From Harriotta raleighana (taxonomy: Eukaryota), in the NCBI GenBank assembly GCA_050575255.1, contig JBNZDD010013669.1:3082589-3146588 (forward strand): a DNA stretch of 64,000 nucleotides, given 5' to 3'. Below the pieces are notes generated by a model. The model saw nothing but the letters and a program-made list of their open reading frames with translations, was not told where the DNA came from and did not search any database. Positions 1 to 11,130 of the stretch are shown here, piece after piece (within the stretch, counting starts at the first letter, position 1; each line of letters starts with the position of its first letter). The translations under genes were made by a program, and so were the position numbers.

Positions 1-185
1 GTGTCTGTCAGACTCCCAAGTCTCTGTCTATGCCCGAGTGTATGTGTCTGTCTCTATGCCCGAATGTATGTCTCTCTGTGTTTTGAGTGTGTGTGTGTTT
101 AACTGTCTCTGTGTGCCTCTCACTGCATCTAGTTATATGTGTCTCTGTGTCTATGAGTGTGTGTGTCTCTCTGTGTCTTTGTGTG
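1..185. repeat. Degenerate (TG)n/(TC)n microsatellite-like low-complexity tract
   Basis: Runs of tgtgtc/tctctg/gtgtgt units. Confidence 0.85.
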
Positions 186-484
186 ATGCTGGACGTTGAG
201 AGCTCGTATAGCCTTGCTGATATCCGCCCTTCCACATTAACAAAAAAAAAGCCACAGTTGTTAAAGAAGCAATTAGCATTTTTCTCCCCAACAATATAAT
301 ACGTATTTTCCTCATGTTTACTTTTTTTAAATCAATAAAGTGAAACCATGTAGGTTTGCAATAAAATGTACCTCAATAGCACCAATCAACTCCCTGCCAT
401 TTTTCTGCAAGAGTTCAACACCCTAATTTTTCTGTGAAATGTTCTAATCTCCCCGCAATGTTGGGCAAATATTCCGAACTTTTC

Positions 485-785
485 CAGCCTGAGCTGAGTT
501 AGCTAATCACAGGCAACACAGCAGTTTGGACACAATTGGTCTCAACTCTTCGGGTTTGAGGGAAAGAAAAACAGACTGGATTTCTGCTCCAAATTACTTT
601 TCAGAGACCACTGATGGAAGTTGTGCATATATGTACCTCAAGATTACCTGTTGACACTCACTTTCCAGGCTCACATATGAATAATGGACATTTGTATGAG
701 GTACTGGAGGGTAATTGGTGCCAGTGGCTCAGGAGAAGCCAAATGCCTCAGGAGAGAAGGGGAGAAAATTGGCAAAGAAGAAAGG
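485..785 (+). mobile_element. Old unclassified SINE-like interspersed repeat (diverged copies also at ~34660-34860 and ~51070-51350)
   Basis: Shared blocks, e.g. ggctcacatatgaataatggacatttg vs gggtacgcatgaataatggccccttg vs gggcttatacatgaacaattgtcactt. Confidence 0.55.
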
Positions 786-789
786 AAAA

Positions 790-1215
790 AGAGTTATACA
801 GCACAGAAGAAGGCCATTCTCTCCCCATAGCCCTGCAAACTTGTCCCCCCAAAATAATTATCCCCATCGCGTTTAAACGTTCTTATTGAATCGGCTTTCA
901 CCACCCTTTCAGACAATCCATTCCAGATCCGAACAACTCGCTGCATGAAAAAAATTCTCCTCACCTGTTTCTTTTAACACGTGTCCACGGGTTACCGACC
1001 CACTCACCAGTGAAAATAATTTCTCCTTGTTCACCCTATCGAATCACCTCTGCTCAATAATCCCAGTTTCTCTAGCCTCTCCTGATAACTGAATTGTTGG
1101 TACCATCCTGGTAAAACTCGTTTGCACCCTCTTCAATGCCTTGATATCCTTTCTAAAGTGTGGAGCCCAGAACTGAACACAGTACTCCAGCTAAAGCCTA
1201 ACCCGTGTTTTATAA
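790..1215 (-). mobile_element. CR1-type LINE 3' fragment
   Basis: Reverse strand carries CR1 ORF2 C-terminal motifs (ctggagtactgtgttcagttctgg = LEYCVQFW); homologous to 27275-28130. Confidence 0.8.
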
Positions 1216-1444
1216 AGGCTCATCAAGGCGTTTCTTCGACAAAATTTTTTCAGAAGAACGGCACCCTCGGGGATGGGTGATGCTGTTCTTTCAAATTTTC
1301 CGTTATTTCAAGAGTGACTCTTTATACAAATTGGTCTTTTTTTTAAAAGAGAGAGTTAAAAGCTTTTTTTTTAAGCGGCAAAAGCTTTTTTTAAAATCGT
1401 TTTAAAAGCCAGTTTCTTTTGCTGCGACCCAAATTAGCCTCCCA

Positions 1445-1458
1445 CCACTAGAGGGCGT
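1445..1458 (+). promoter_or_regulatory. CTCF core motif CCACTAGAGGGCGT in INSIG2 intron 4
   Basis: Near-perfect match to the CCASYAGRKGGCR consensus, in locally CpG-retaining unique sequence. Confidence 0.6.
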
Positions 1459-1929
1459 TATTGCGATTGTCACTCAGTTCAACCAAAACTTTATTCCTTT
1501 TGTGGGCGTCAGAAATTGAGTACAATTGCACAAAATCAAAAGGTGGAATAAGGTTTGTTTTTTTCAAAAAGAAAGCATTTGCATGCTATGTACAGCATAT
1601 ATTATGTAAAGCACAGACCAGTGCTGTGCATTTATATAATTTATATAAATGTATTTATATAATTTATATAAATGTATTTATATATATATATCTACTGTAT
1701 GTTGCTGTGAAGCTCTCTGCCACCACGCGTCAGTGCTGGTTTGAAAAGGGACGGCTTTTCAATAATGCGGTTAGCTCGAATGTGCCGCTCTTTCGAAAGT
1801 TTATTGTATAGTCAATTCACTTTCCAGTGTATTCTGGGAAGCGCTTTGAGACATCTAGGAGATGTGAAAAATGCAATTACAAATTCAAGGATTATTATCA
1901 TAACTTCCTGACTTTTTTGTATTCTACGT

Positions 1930-2995
1930 CCCAATTTATAAAGGCTAGTATCCCATATACTTTTATAACAGCTTTATCTACCTGTCCTGCCACCTTCAAA
2001 CATTTATTTATATGAACCCCCATTCTCTCTGTTCCTTCATCCCCTTTAAGATTTTACCAACTAGCTTATACTGCTTCTCATTCTTCCTCCCAAAATGCAT
2101 CAATTGCATTTTTCCATATTAAACTTCATCTGCCATGTGTCTGCCCATTTTACCAGTCTGTCTATGTCTTCTTGCAGTCTACTACCATCCTTCTCGCAGT
2201 TTGCTACTTTTCCCAGCTTCGTATCATCTGTACACATGGAAATTATACTCACTATTCTCAATTTGATGTAAATTATATAGATCAAAAATGCCAATGGTCC
2301 CATACTGACTCTTGGGGGACACCACCGCACACTTCCCTCCAGTCAGTAAAACATCCGTCCACTACCACTCTGCTTTCTGTCTCCTAGCCACTTCTGTATC
2401 CATGCTGCCACTGTCCCTTTAATACCACAAGCTTCTATTTTGCTTACAAGTCTCTTATGTGGCACTTTATCAAACACCTTTTGAAAATCCATATAAACTA
2501 CATCAATTGAACTACATTCACCCCCTTCTCTGTTATTCATCAAAAAACTATCGGAATTGTTAGACATGATTTTGCTTTAACAAATCCATGTTGGCTGTCT
2601 TTTATTAACCCACATTTTTCAAGGTGAAAAATTATTTTATCCTGGATTATAGTCTCTACAACAATAACAAAATTACATTTATAGAGCATCTTTCACGTCG
2701 AGACGACATCCCAAGGTGCTCTAGTAGTTTCCCCACTACTGGCATTAAGATGACAGGCCTGTGGTTCCCAGGTTTATCCTTCTTCTCCTTTTTGTGGGAG
2801 TAACATTTGCTACTCTCCAGTCCTCTTGGCACTATCCCAATGTCCAAGGAGGATTGAAAGATTGTGGCCAGAGCTTCTGTTATTTCCTCTCTTACTTCTC
2901 TCAATAACCTATGATGCATCCCTTCTGAACTGGATGACTTATCTACCTTGAGCACCAACATCTTTTTTTACTACTTCCCTCAGTTTATTCTTATC
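1930..2995 (-). mobile_element. CR1-type LINE ORF2 (reverse transcriptase) fragment, degenerate
   Basis: ORFs 2656-2961 (GMHHRLLREV..PGNHRPVIL), 2343-2567 (DVVYMDFQKVFDKVPHKRL), 2100-2330 (DDTKLG..WQMKFN); interrupted by a short L2 tail at ~2658-2718. Confidence 0.9.
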
Positions 2996-3858
2996 CTATC
3001 CAATTTTTCTACCTGCTCCTCCGATACTGTGGCATATGCTCCCTCCTCTTCTTTTGTGCACACATAGATGCTTCAACAAATTAGATTTATTTGACAGAAA
3101 GAGAACTCTCAAGTCTAGAAGGCCACCTAACCTCCCCCTAAAGAACAATGGACAGAATAGACACCCTAATACACTCAATAGCACCATTAGTTTGGGCCTT
3201 TGCAGACCAGGTACAGATTTTATTCAGTTCAACTGTAGCATGAAGCAAAACAAACTCAGTTTCTTGATTTTACTGTGAAGTGTAGTTACTGTATTTTAGG
3301 CATTCAAACAACATTGTTCGCAATCTTGTTAACAGCATGAATTTATTTGTGATATAAATTCATATTATTTTCTTAAATAAATAATTTTTTCCACAAGACA
3401 AATTGCGTTTCTCACAATCTCTGGTCATTCACTTTTAATATTCCTGAGACAAAACTTTGCAAATTGGTTATTGCATTCCCCTACAGATGGTCACTAAACT
3501 TAAATTCTCTGAAGTGTCTTGAGACATTTCAAAGTTACACGCAGCACTTCAAATGGAACGATTATTTTTACTCTGATCCGTACAAATAATGAATTGCCAC
3601 CTTATTGTAAAAGGACGTAAAGCACTATGAAAATACAAGTTGTTGTAAAAAATATATTTAATATTATAAGCCATTTTTGCAATAAACAATCCTGCATAGT
3701 AAATTTTGACTGGCATATTTTGAAAAAACGTTTAATTGAACAGCTAGCTCCTATAATTAATGTTATATTGTCATTTTAAGTTTCATTTAAACCAAAAAAT
3801 GTATTATTTTCCATAGAGATTTTTTAGTTTGAAAAGGAAATTTAATTTTTTTTATATA

Positions 3859-4233
3859 CAGTAAAACCCAGTTTATCCAGCACGCTCGTGGGAGGTCGAC
3901 TAATTGACTGTGCCGGATAAACAGGGGACAAGTTGCCGAAAATCCAACATAAAAAATTAACTTCTTTTAAAACATACCATGTTAATAATAGACTACATAG
4001 TAACAGAATAGTGTGTGGATACTTACCAATAAAGCATTCCAGCACAGTCGGGAAAAAATTGGTAAAACAGCATTTTTTTAAAAACCCAAGTTTGTAAATT
4101 TACTAAGTGTGCATGCGCACACATTGCACAAATGCGCAAAGTGAGCAAACTCGCGATTCTGGAAAGGGGAATTGCCCCGGGAGGGGGTCAAGCAATTCGG
4201 TTGATCGGGTCACGGATGAACGAGGTTTTACTG
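3859..4233 (+). mobile_element. Tc1/mariner (Tigger/pogo-like) non-autonomous MITE
   Basis: TA-CAGTAAAACC...GGTTTTACTG-TA terminal inverted repeats with TA duplication. Confidence 0.85.
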
Positions 4234-5834
4234 TACTACTTTTTATAACAGAGCTTGTAGGCCAGTAACCTCTGCCCTCCTTTTCCAGTGGGCAGAATGT
4301 TGATTGAAAGAGGCAGTTAGAGCTTTGATGTTGCACTATTCTACTGTAACAAAACTTCAAAGCTTCTCAGCTCTGTTATTCATTATTAGGAAAATAATGA
4401 AGCAATTAAACTATCAGAAATACCTGTGATGACAAAGCTGTAATGTCCCACAGTAACAAAATGTAGAACTAAGCCTTTTTAAATTGTACTGTTGAACAGA
4501 TTTTCTAAAAAAAACCCTTCTGATTGGCAACAATCCAAGGAACAATCTTAGGTAGTCATATTTTCACAAGAGCACAAAGAACAGAGAAGGGGAGGAAAAA
4601 AACTAGAATATCCGTTTGGGAAGTGGGTGAGAGAAGCAAAGAAATACTTTTGTGGAAGCTATACAATTATGAATGGCTTCCAACTCATCTTCAATTGTGG
4701 TTGTAAATATATTTTTTAATCTTTCAAAAGGCAAGCAGAGCAAAATAAAGCCCTATAATTTGATACTGCTGCATATACAGTATTTCCAAGACAGTTTTTT
4801 TTAAACTGTTACTCTAGAACAGTTGGGACGAGGGTGGGATAAAAAACAAATGCTTGAAAGCATTTGTAGGCATAGTTTGAAAATCTCAGCCCAGATTGTA
4901 TAACTATATTTGGACATTCCCATTCAAAAATAGATCCAAGAAAATGTATTAAATTAATATTTTAAAATATTATTTTGGGCAAACCAGCAGTTATTTTTTA
5001 GAAAGCTACTATGTAGTAGTTTCAACAGTTTAGTCATAAAACTAGGAAATCAATCAAAAATACATCCCCTTTTCCAACTCGCTAATTATTCATTCAAGGC
5101 ATTTGACAGGACCATTGTTATTTATCAAATAGTCATACAAAAGACCCCCAAACATTCTCATAATCAGGTTCCAGACAGAAACCAGTTAATGACTGGAGTA
5201 CTTATGATGAAAAGAAAAATGATCATTGATATACTTCAGAATCTCGACCCTGAAACAAAAGAGCCTCAAAATCCTTTGCAAAATTATGTAGGTATATATT
5301 GAGGATTCTTGGCAGCTGTTTGAGGCAGTGAATCATAGAATCATATGAATTATTCCACAAATGGTGACTGCAAAGCTTGAGTAGCATGCGAATGTCAGCA
5401 GAGCTCCTGATTGAATACTGAACTAAATTTACTTATCGTTTGATTATTCTGTATTTTTTTGAAAGAGGACGGCATAGAAGTACTTTCCATATAAAAGCTC
5501 TCTATTCACCACATTTCAACATTTTAAATTGAAGCAAATGTATCCTACGCAGGAAAGCAGACCATTAGGTTTATTAACATACTTTGAAAACTACTGTAAG
5601 TCTTAGATCATACCAGATCATACCGCAGTTCAACTGTGTTTGACATGGGTTATAGATGCTTTGGGACATCCTCCCGACATGAAAGGCACTATACAAATGT
5701 AATTTTGTTGTTGTTTGTAGGTTAAATCAGGAAGATGAGTTTTAAATTGATTTGAATGATAATGATAGGAATGTGCCCCAAATCAAACACGTCTGTACTA
5801 GCCAAGTATACAACAGAATCCAGCTAGTTCTGCT

Positions 5835-6705
5835 TCAGGATAGCGTCACCAGAGCGCTTGACAGTAGTGGAGATTGACAATAAGCTGGGGAGATGTGACT
5901 GGAGGCACGGTTGAAGAGGAGCGACCTGAAGATGGAGAGGAGGGAGCAAAGTGGAAGGATAAGGGAAGTTTTCCCAGAGTTTTGGGGTCTATTAGCTGAA
6001 AGTGCAGCCACAGATGGTGGAATGAAAAGCTTGAACGGAATGCAGGAGGCTGGAGCCAGTTGAACAAAAGCAATCGGCAGTGGGTTAGGGAATAACAATA
6101 ACAACAAAATTACATTTATAGAGCGCCTTTCACATTGGAGAACATCCCAAGGCAGTAAGCAAATTGGAGCGGTAGGGAGGTGCCATGGCATGAAGGGATT
6201 TGAAAACGAGTGTGCGAATCTTGAAATTGATGGGTTCGGCAATAAGGAAACCAGTGGAGTCTGATTAGAACTGGTGTAATGGGAATGCGGAATTTAGTAT
6301 GGGTGAGTATGCTGGCGGTGGTTTTCAATTAACTTTACAATATATTCTGTGAAGCACTTTGAGACGTCTAGAAGACGTGAAAAATGTTATATCGAATGCA
6401 AGGGTTATTATTATTTATTTTGTAACAGATGGATCCTGTGCAAGATGGAGCTGGGGAGAACCGTGAAGAAGGCATTTGAGAAGTCAAGCCAGGAGGTGTC
6501 GAACACATGGGTGAATATTTCAGCTGTGTCTGGAGTCAAAGACGGAGGCGTCAAAGTGGTGGAGGTAGAAGAATGCGGTCCTGATTAGGGACCGGATGTG
6601 GGAAAGGAAGTACAGTCGTGGGTCAAATTGACAACTAGGTTGTGTACTAGTTTGGTTAGTCCAAGGGATAGGGGGAGGTTGAGGAAGTCAGAACCCCAGA
6701 ATAGA
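5835..6705 (-). mobile_element. L2-type LINE 3' fragment with nested SINE/L2-tail pieces
   Basis: Minus-strand translation PITPVLIRLHW.. typical of the L2 ORF2 end; nested tails at ~6092-6152 and ~6330-6415. Confidence 0.75.
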
Positions 6706-7463
6706 AGATGTTTCTAGTATTTCAAAAGTAATTTTTTTAAAATATAAAACAAAATTTAAGTTATACTTCACTTCAGGGCAGAAAAATACTGCTGACACTG
6801 ATGTTCGGATTTTTTTTTGCAACAGCTAGCACACTGGAAAAAAAAGTTGCATTTTACAACATTTTGGGCTGAGTATTTTAATGTTTAACCTACATATTTC
6901 TGCAATAGTAGAATATTGTTATCCAAAATAAATAATAGTAATAATACATCATGAACTTGTTCAGCTACTCCTTTAGGAGTTATATGTCTGAGGACATGTC
7001 CACACCTCCAAATCTGTCTTTAATTACTGCAAACCTACCTGTCTGGCTTTGTGAGGCATGTCTTCTCAAGCCAGTTCACTATGAGTGAGATCATAATTAA
7101 CCTCTTCCCATAACGAGGATATTTTTACTCATTTCATCAGTCTCAAAGGCTGAAGGGATTGAGTAGATCTATCTGGATGTAAGAACAAGACTCATCTAAC
7201 TCTACTGCAAGATGCACTGTTATTCCAAATCGCACATAATACTGAAGGAATTGCAACATTGGTAAATTTGAAATAAAAACCGAAATTGCCTCAAATTCAT
7301 ACAAGGTAATCACTATCTGAAGAAAAAAGATACATTAAGATTTGGGCTTTCTCGTTTCATTTCAGATTTCCAGCCTTCATATTTGTTCTTTACACCATAA
7401 CCAAATTTAACTTTAAACAACTAAAATGGATTCAATAAAATAAATGTTCCATTTAATACTCAC

Positions 7464-7630
7464 TGGTAAACACCATTGTAAACAAGGAGCTGGGTGACCA
7501 AAGTGGCAATAAAGGCAATTCCTATTCCAAGCCCAAAGCCACTTCGAGATCGATCAAACGTCCACCACAGACCAATGGAAAGTGCTGCTAATGTAAGAGA
7601 CAGCTGCATATTGTTAGCAAAGTCAACCTT
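7464..7630 (-). CDS. INSIG2: INSIG2 coding exon (third coding exon, 167 nt)
   Basis: Translates [56 protein letters not shown]; acceptor cacag, donor CA|gtgagt; missed by the ORF track. Confidence 0.97.
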
Positions 7631-7994
7631 CTGTGAGGAACATGTTAAGGAATAGTCTCAATTTAAAAATAACACCATTTAACTGTCTCTAGTTCTTGAG
7701 AACATATTAATCTAAAATATACTTCTCCCTTCAAACATGATAGCCGACAAACTACAGATGCAATAACTTGCAGATAAAGGCTTCTATCAAAAAACTGATG
7801 GATTTCCTGTATATTGTTGGTTTTAAATAACAGAAATTCCACAAAGAATTGAACCAATTGGTAATTTACTATGTGGCTCCATTTTAATTATTATTTTTAG
7901 TTAATTTGTTTTTGGACCTAAATTATATTATCCTCAGAATCTAATTTGCTGAGTTTTAAAACAAAATAGCAGCTATAAGTTTGTCAGCAATAGC

Positions 7995-8450
7995 TGCCAG
8001 GTGGCTTAGTGGTTAGAGCATTTGCCTTACAAGTGAGAGACCTGGGTTCAATTCCAGCAAGGTGAAACCTTAGGCAAGTTTCCTTACTCCACACACCTAA
8101 TAATAATCCCTCAAAAAAACAATAATAAATTGTTCATTTCAATCCACGACTGTTTGTGGGACACTGCCATGCGCAATTGGTTACCTCATTTCATCCGCAT
8201 ATATTGTCAATACACTTTACAGTATCAAAACAAAATACTGCAGATGCTGGGAATCTGAAAAAAATCTGTTCTAACGAAGGGTCGTGGACCCGAAACATTG
8301 ACTCACTTTCCTTTCTTCGTGAATGCTGCCTGACTTGCTGAGATTCCCCAGCAACTTCTGTATTTTTTTCCACTTTACAGTATATTCTGTGAAGCGCTTT
8401 GAGACGTCTAGAAGTGAAAAGTGATACATCAAATGAAACGATTATTAATA
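7995..8450 (+). mobile_element. tRNA-derived DeuSINE-like SINE (short subfamily) interrupted by a Penelope-like insert
   Basis: A/B boxes (ggcttagtggttagagc..gggttcaattcc), core tgtttgtgggacactgc..gcgcaattgg, L2-like tail aagcgctttgagacgtc. Confidence 0.85.
8226..8370 (+). mobile_element. Short Penelope-like (retrozyme-like) insertion with degenerate hammerhead motif
   Basis: 13-bp TSD cactttacagtat (8213-8225 and 8371-8383); 5' part is the inverted copy of the element end seen at 30290-30330; core ctaacga-a-gggtc-gtg-gaccc-gaaacatt. Confidence 0.75.
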
Positions 8451-8504
8451 TCTTGTGAAATTAATTTAAAACAGAAAACGTGCATTTAGTGATACAGAGG
8501 ATAC

Positions 8505-8629
8505 AGCACTGGCATGGTTTATGCCGACAAAGACTGCCACACAACGCATTACACTGGACCATTCCCTCTTGAATTTGTGTGGTTCTCCCAGACAGCTATC
8601 AATGCATGGGTACAGCAAGCCAATCACAG
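8505..8629 (-). CDS. INSIG2: INSIG2 coding exon (second coding exon, 125 nt)
   Basis: (A)[41 protein letters not shown]; acceptor ttctcctgtag, donor gtatcc; phase 1 matches the previous exon. Confidence 0.97.
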
Positions 8630-9439
8630 CTACAGGAGAAGAAAAACAGCATTCATTAGTATGACCTGAAATAAAAGGTGACACTGTCCAAGGTCTCGGG
8701 TTATTTTAGTTCAATAGCACTATCCAAACAAAAGCAGAGTCACACAAAATAAATAAGAAAAAAAGATGAAGGATCATTGAACCAACTTTCTGTTTCAAAT
8801 ACCGATTGACCTGTGTGCATTGCCTATAATTTCTGTGTAATTTCAGGTTTCCAGTATTATCTTTGCTAGGCTATTCTCTCATGTACACCAGCTCTGAAGC
8901 TCTATTCCTCTTTTGATCACAATATTTCAGCAAAAGCATTTCTGCCCTGGAACACACTTCTATTTTATTTTTCATCTTATTTGGTCTTCCAACAAATAAC
9001 ATTTCTCCCTTTCAGAGGAGCAAGAAGTCCAACAAGTCATGCATGGGAGGTGATAACCTGTTCTCGTTCCCCTTATCTTTCCTCTAAACCCATTGCCCCT
9101 TTACACACCAATTGAATCCTCTCTTGTCCAGAATATTCTGTTCTGTTCTCAGCCAGATCCACCCATTTGATCGCTGGTCAGGATAATCAAATATGGGGCA
9201 TTGCACTGTGTACACAATGCCATTATGTTAGCTTTCACCATCTTCTTATACATAATAGAAAAAAATCAGGGATTTAGCTCAAATTTCTGAGTGCATTTTA
9301 GTAAGCAATGAATTCATTGAAACAAAATGCTTTGTTCATAGTTTCACTATTAGCAAATTTAGTTGTTCCCCACAATACAATATCACATTGGATCACACAG
9401 ACACACATATCACACAGACCAATTTATTTTGTTACTTAC

Positions 9440-9689
9440 CGGAAGCTGAACCACAGCATGGTGGAACCCACCAGGCAGAAGAGAAAATGCTGGCAATCAC
9501 ATCAGGAGGAAAAAGTGTAACATTTCTTTGAATCTGCAGTAAGTTCAATACAAGTGCTAGAAAAACACCAATAGAAAATAGAACCACTCCTCGAATCAGC
9601 AAGTTCATGTTTTGATTAGTGATCATAGAAACATACAGGCCAGGTCTGATTTGCATAGTTGCTGTTTTCTTTCTTTCCTCCTCTGCCAT
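9440..9689 (-). CDS. INSIG2: INSIG2 first coding exon (250 coding nt); insulin-induced gene 2, ER sterol-sensing membrane protein
   Basis: [62 protein letters not shown]; donor G|gtaagt; short N-terminus and residues (REWSS, KVDF, LSIG) fit INSIG2 rather than INSIG1; adjacent to CCDC93. Confidence 0.97.
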
Positions 9690-9783
9690 TTACAAAAAGG
9701 TATTTGAGTACTATGTCCACTTTCAGGTGTTAACTGCAGTCAGCAGTTATCTTCAATCTTTAATCCACATTACCCAGTAATAC
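9690..9783 (-). other. INSIG2: 5' UTR part of INSIG2 exon 2, containing uORF MWIKD* (9770-9753)
   Basis: Acceptor ctattttctgtag ending at 9784; ATG TGG ATT AAA GAT TGA upstream of the main ATG. Confidence 0.7.
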
Positions 9784-9989
9784 CTACAGAAAATAGATTT
9801 ACAGCATATTAGATTTATCCCTTGAAATATAAACTTGAATCAATTTATCATAGATCACATGAAATAAGCATCATTACCACATAATTGACTATTCACATCA
9901 GAAACAAGTATTCTTTTCTCATCGCATCTGGGTTCCAAAACACTTAAAGAGACATTGTAGTAATTAGATTACTGAACTGTAATTGTTTT

Positions 9990-10415
9990 AGCCTGGATTA
10001 GCCACTGGCTTTCTCTCTTGAATCAGAAGTTTGTGGGTTTAAGATCCACTTTGGAACATTGAGACTTGTAGATAATATTCCAGCACAGTGCCGGGGATCA
10101 TTGCATTGGCAGAAATGTTGATCTTTGGATGAGATATTAACCAAAATCCAATCTTACTTTTCTCATGATAATTACAAATCCTATAGCCCTATTTGTTAAG
10201 AGAAGGATTTTTTCTCAGGGCCCTGACCAACATATTTCAGATAAAATAATTCAATTACTTCATAGCTATTGTGGGATTTTGTTGTGTAAAAATTGGCTGC
10301 CACATTCGCCTATAAAAATAAAGTCACTGCACTCTATAATAAATCTTGTGAAGTGCTTTGAGACAACTCAATGATGTGAGCAGCATCTACATGAAATGCA
10401 AGGATTATTATATTA
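9990..10415 (+). mobile_element. Older DeuSINE-like element (SacSINE1/AmnSINE1-type body)
   Basis: gaatcagaag..gtgggtt head, ctttggatgagatattaaacc-like central domain, tgtggga..aaattggctgcc core, L2-like tail; a related minus-strand copy lies at ~62645-62990. Confidence 0.65.
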
Positions 10416-10724
10416 TTTAGATATAAAAAACAAAAAAGGAAAAATTTAAATCTAAATAAATATGCTGGAAATCCACAAGAGGACAATCATTTTGTAGATT
10501 TTCAACATTTCTATTTTTATTTTAAATATCACATCAAAGATGCAAAGATTAAAACATATTTTGAATTTTATGCACTTTATAAGACTGCTGAATTTAATTA
10601 TAAATAAAAATAGATCAGAATTTAGGTTTTTTCTTGAGTTAGTGTAGTGCTTAAATAGTTTCACTATATGCGAATTTTCAATTTTAACAATGAAAACATA
10701 TTACTAAAATAATATAAAAATAAT

Positions 10725-11012
10725 AAATATAATCCTTGCATTTGATTTAGTGCATTTCATGTCTCTGAAATTTTTTTCAAAGCGTTTCACAGAATATATT
10801 GTAAAGTGAATTGACTATTTTTCTGGGCGAAACACAGCAGCTAATTGCACACAGCAGTGTCCTACAAGCAATCGTGGAATGAGTGACCAATTTTTTTTGT
10901 TGAGGGGTTATTAACAGATGTGAAGTGAGGAAATTTACTCAACATTTCGCCCTGCCGGGAATCGAACCAGGTCCATCGCTTGCGAGGCGAATGCTCTAAC
11001 CCCTGAGCTATA
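10725..11012 (-). mobile_element. tRNA-derived DeuSINE-like SINE
   Basis: Reverse complement of the SINE head (cgggaatcgaaccagg..ctctaacccctgagcta) and core. Confidence 0.85.
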
Positions 11013-11130
11013 GTGCAGATGCTGGAAATTAGAAATGAATTCTGACAAAGAGTCGTGGACACGAAATGTTGACTCACTTTTCCTTTCTCCATAGATGGTG
11101 CCCGAGTGTTCCCAGCAATTTTTGTTTATG
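11013..11130 (+). mobile_element. Penelope-like short repeat with degenerate hammerhead motif
   Basis: tgaatt-ctgacaa-a-gagtc-gtg-gacac-gaaatgtt-gactca; same family as 8226-8370. Confidence 0.7.

Larger units (their letters stand above)
7631..8504 (-). other. INSIG2: U12-type (minor spliceosome) GT-AG intron of INSIG2
   Basis: 5' splice site GTATCCTC (8504-8497); branch box TTCCTTAAC (7652-7644) followed by only 13 nt to the end of the AG; short polypyrimidine tract. Confidence 0.9.

Noticed and set aside
1-7463. Search for the last two INSIG2 exons (YTSPDFLY..GNIGRQLAM and the C-terminus)
   Set aside because: No matching sequence found by eye; probably left of the window
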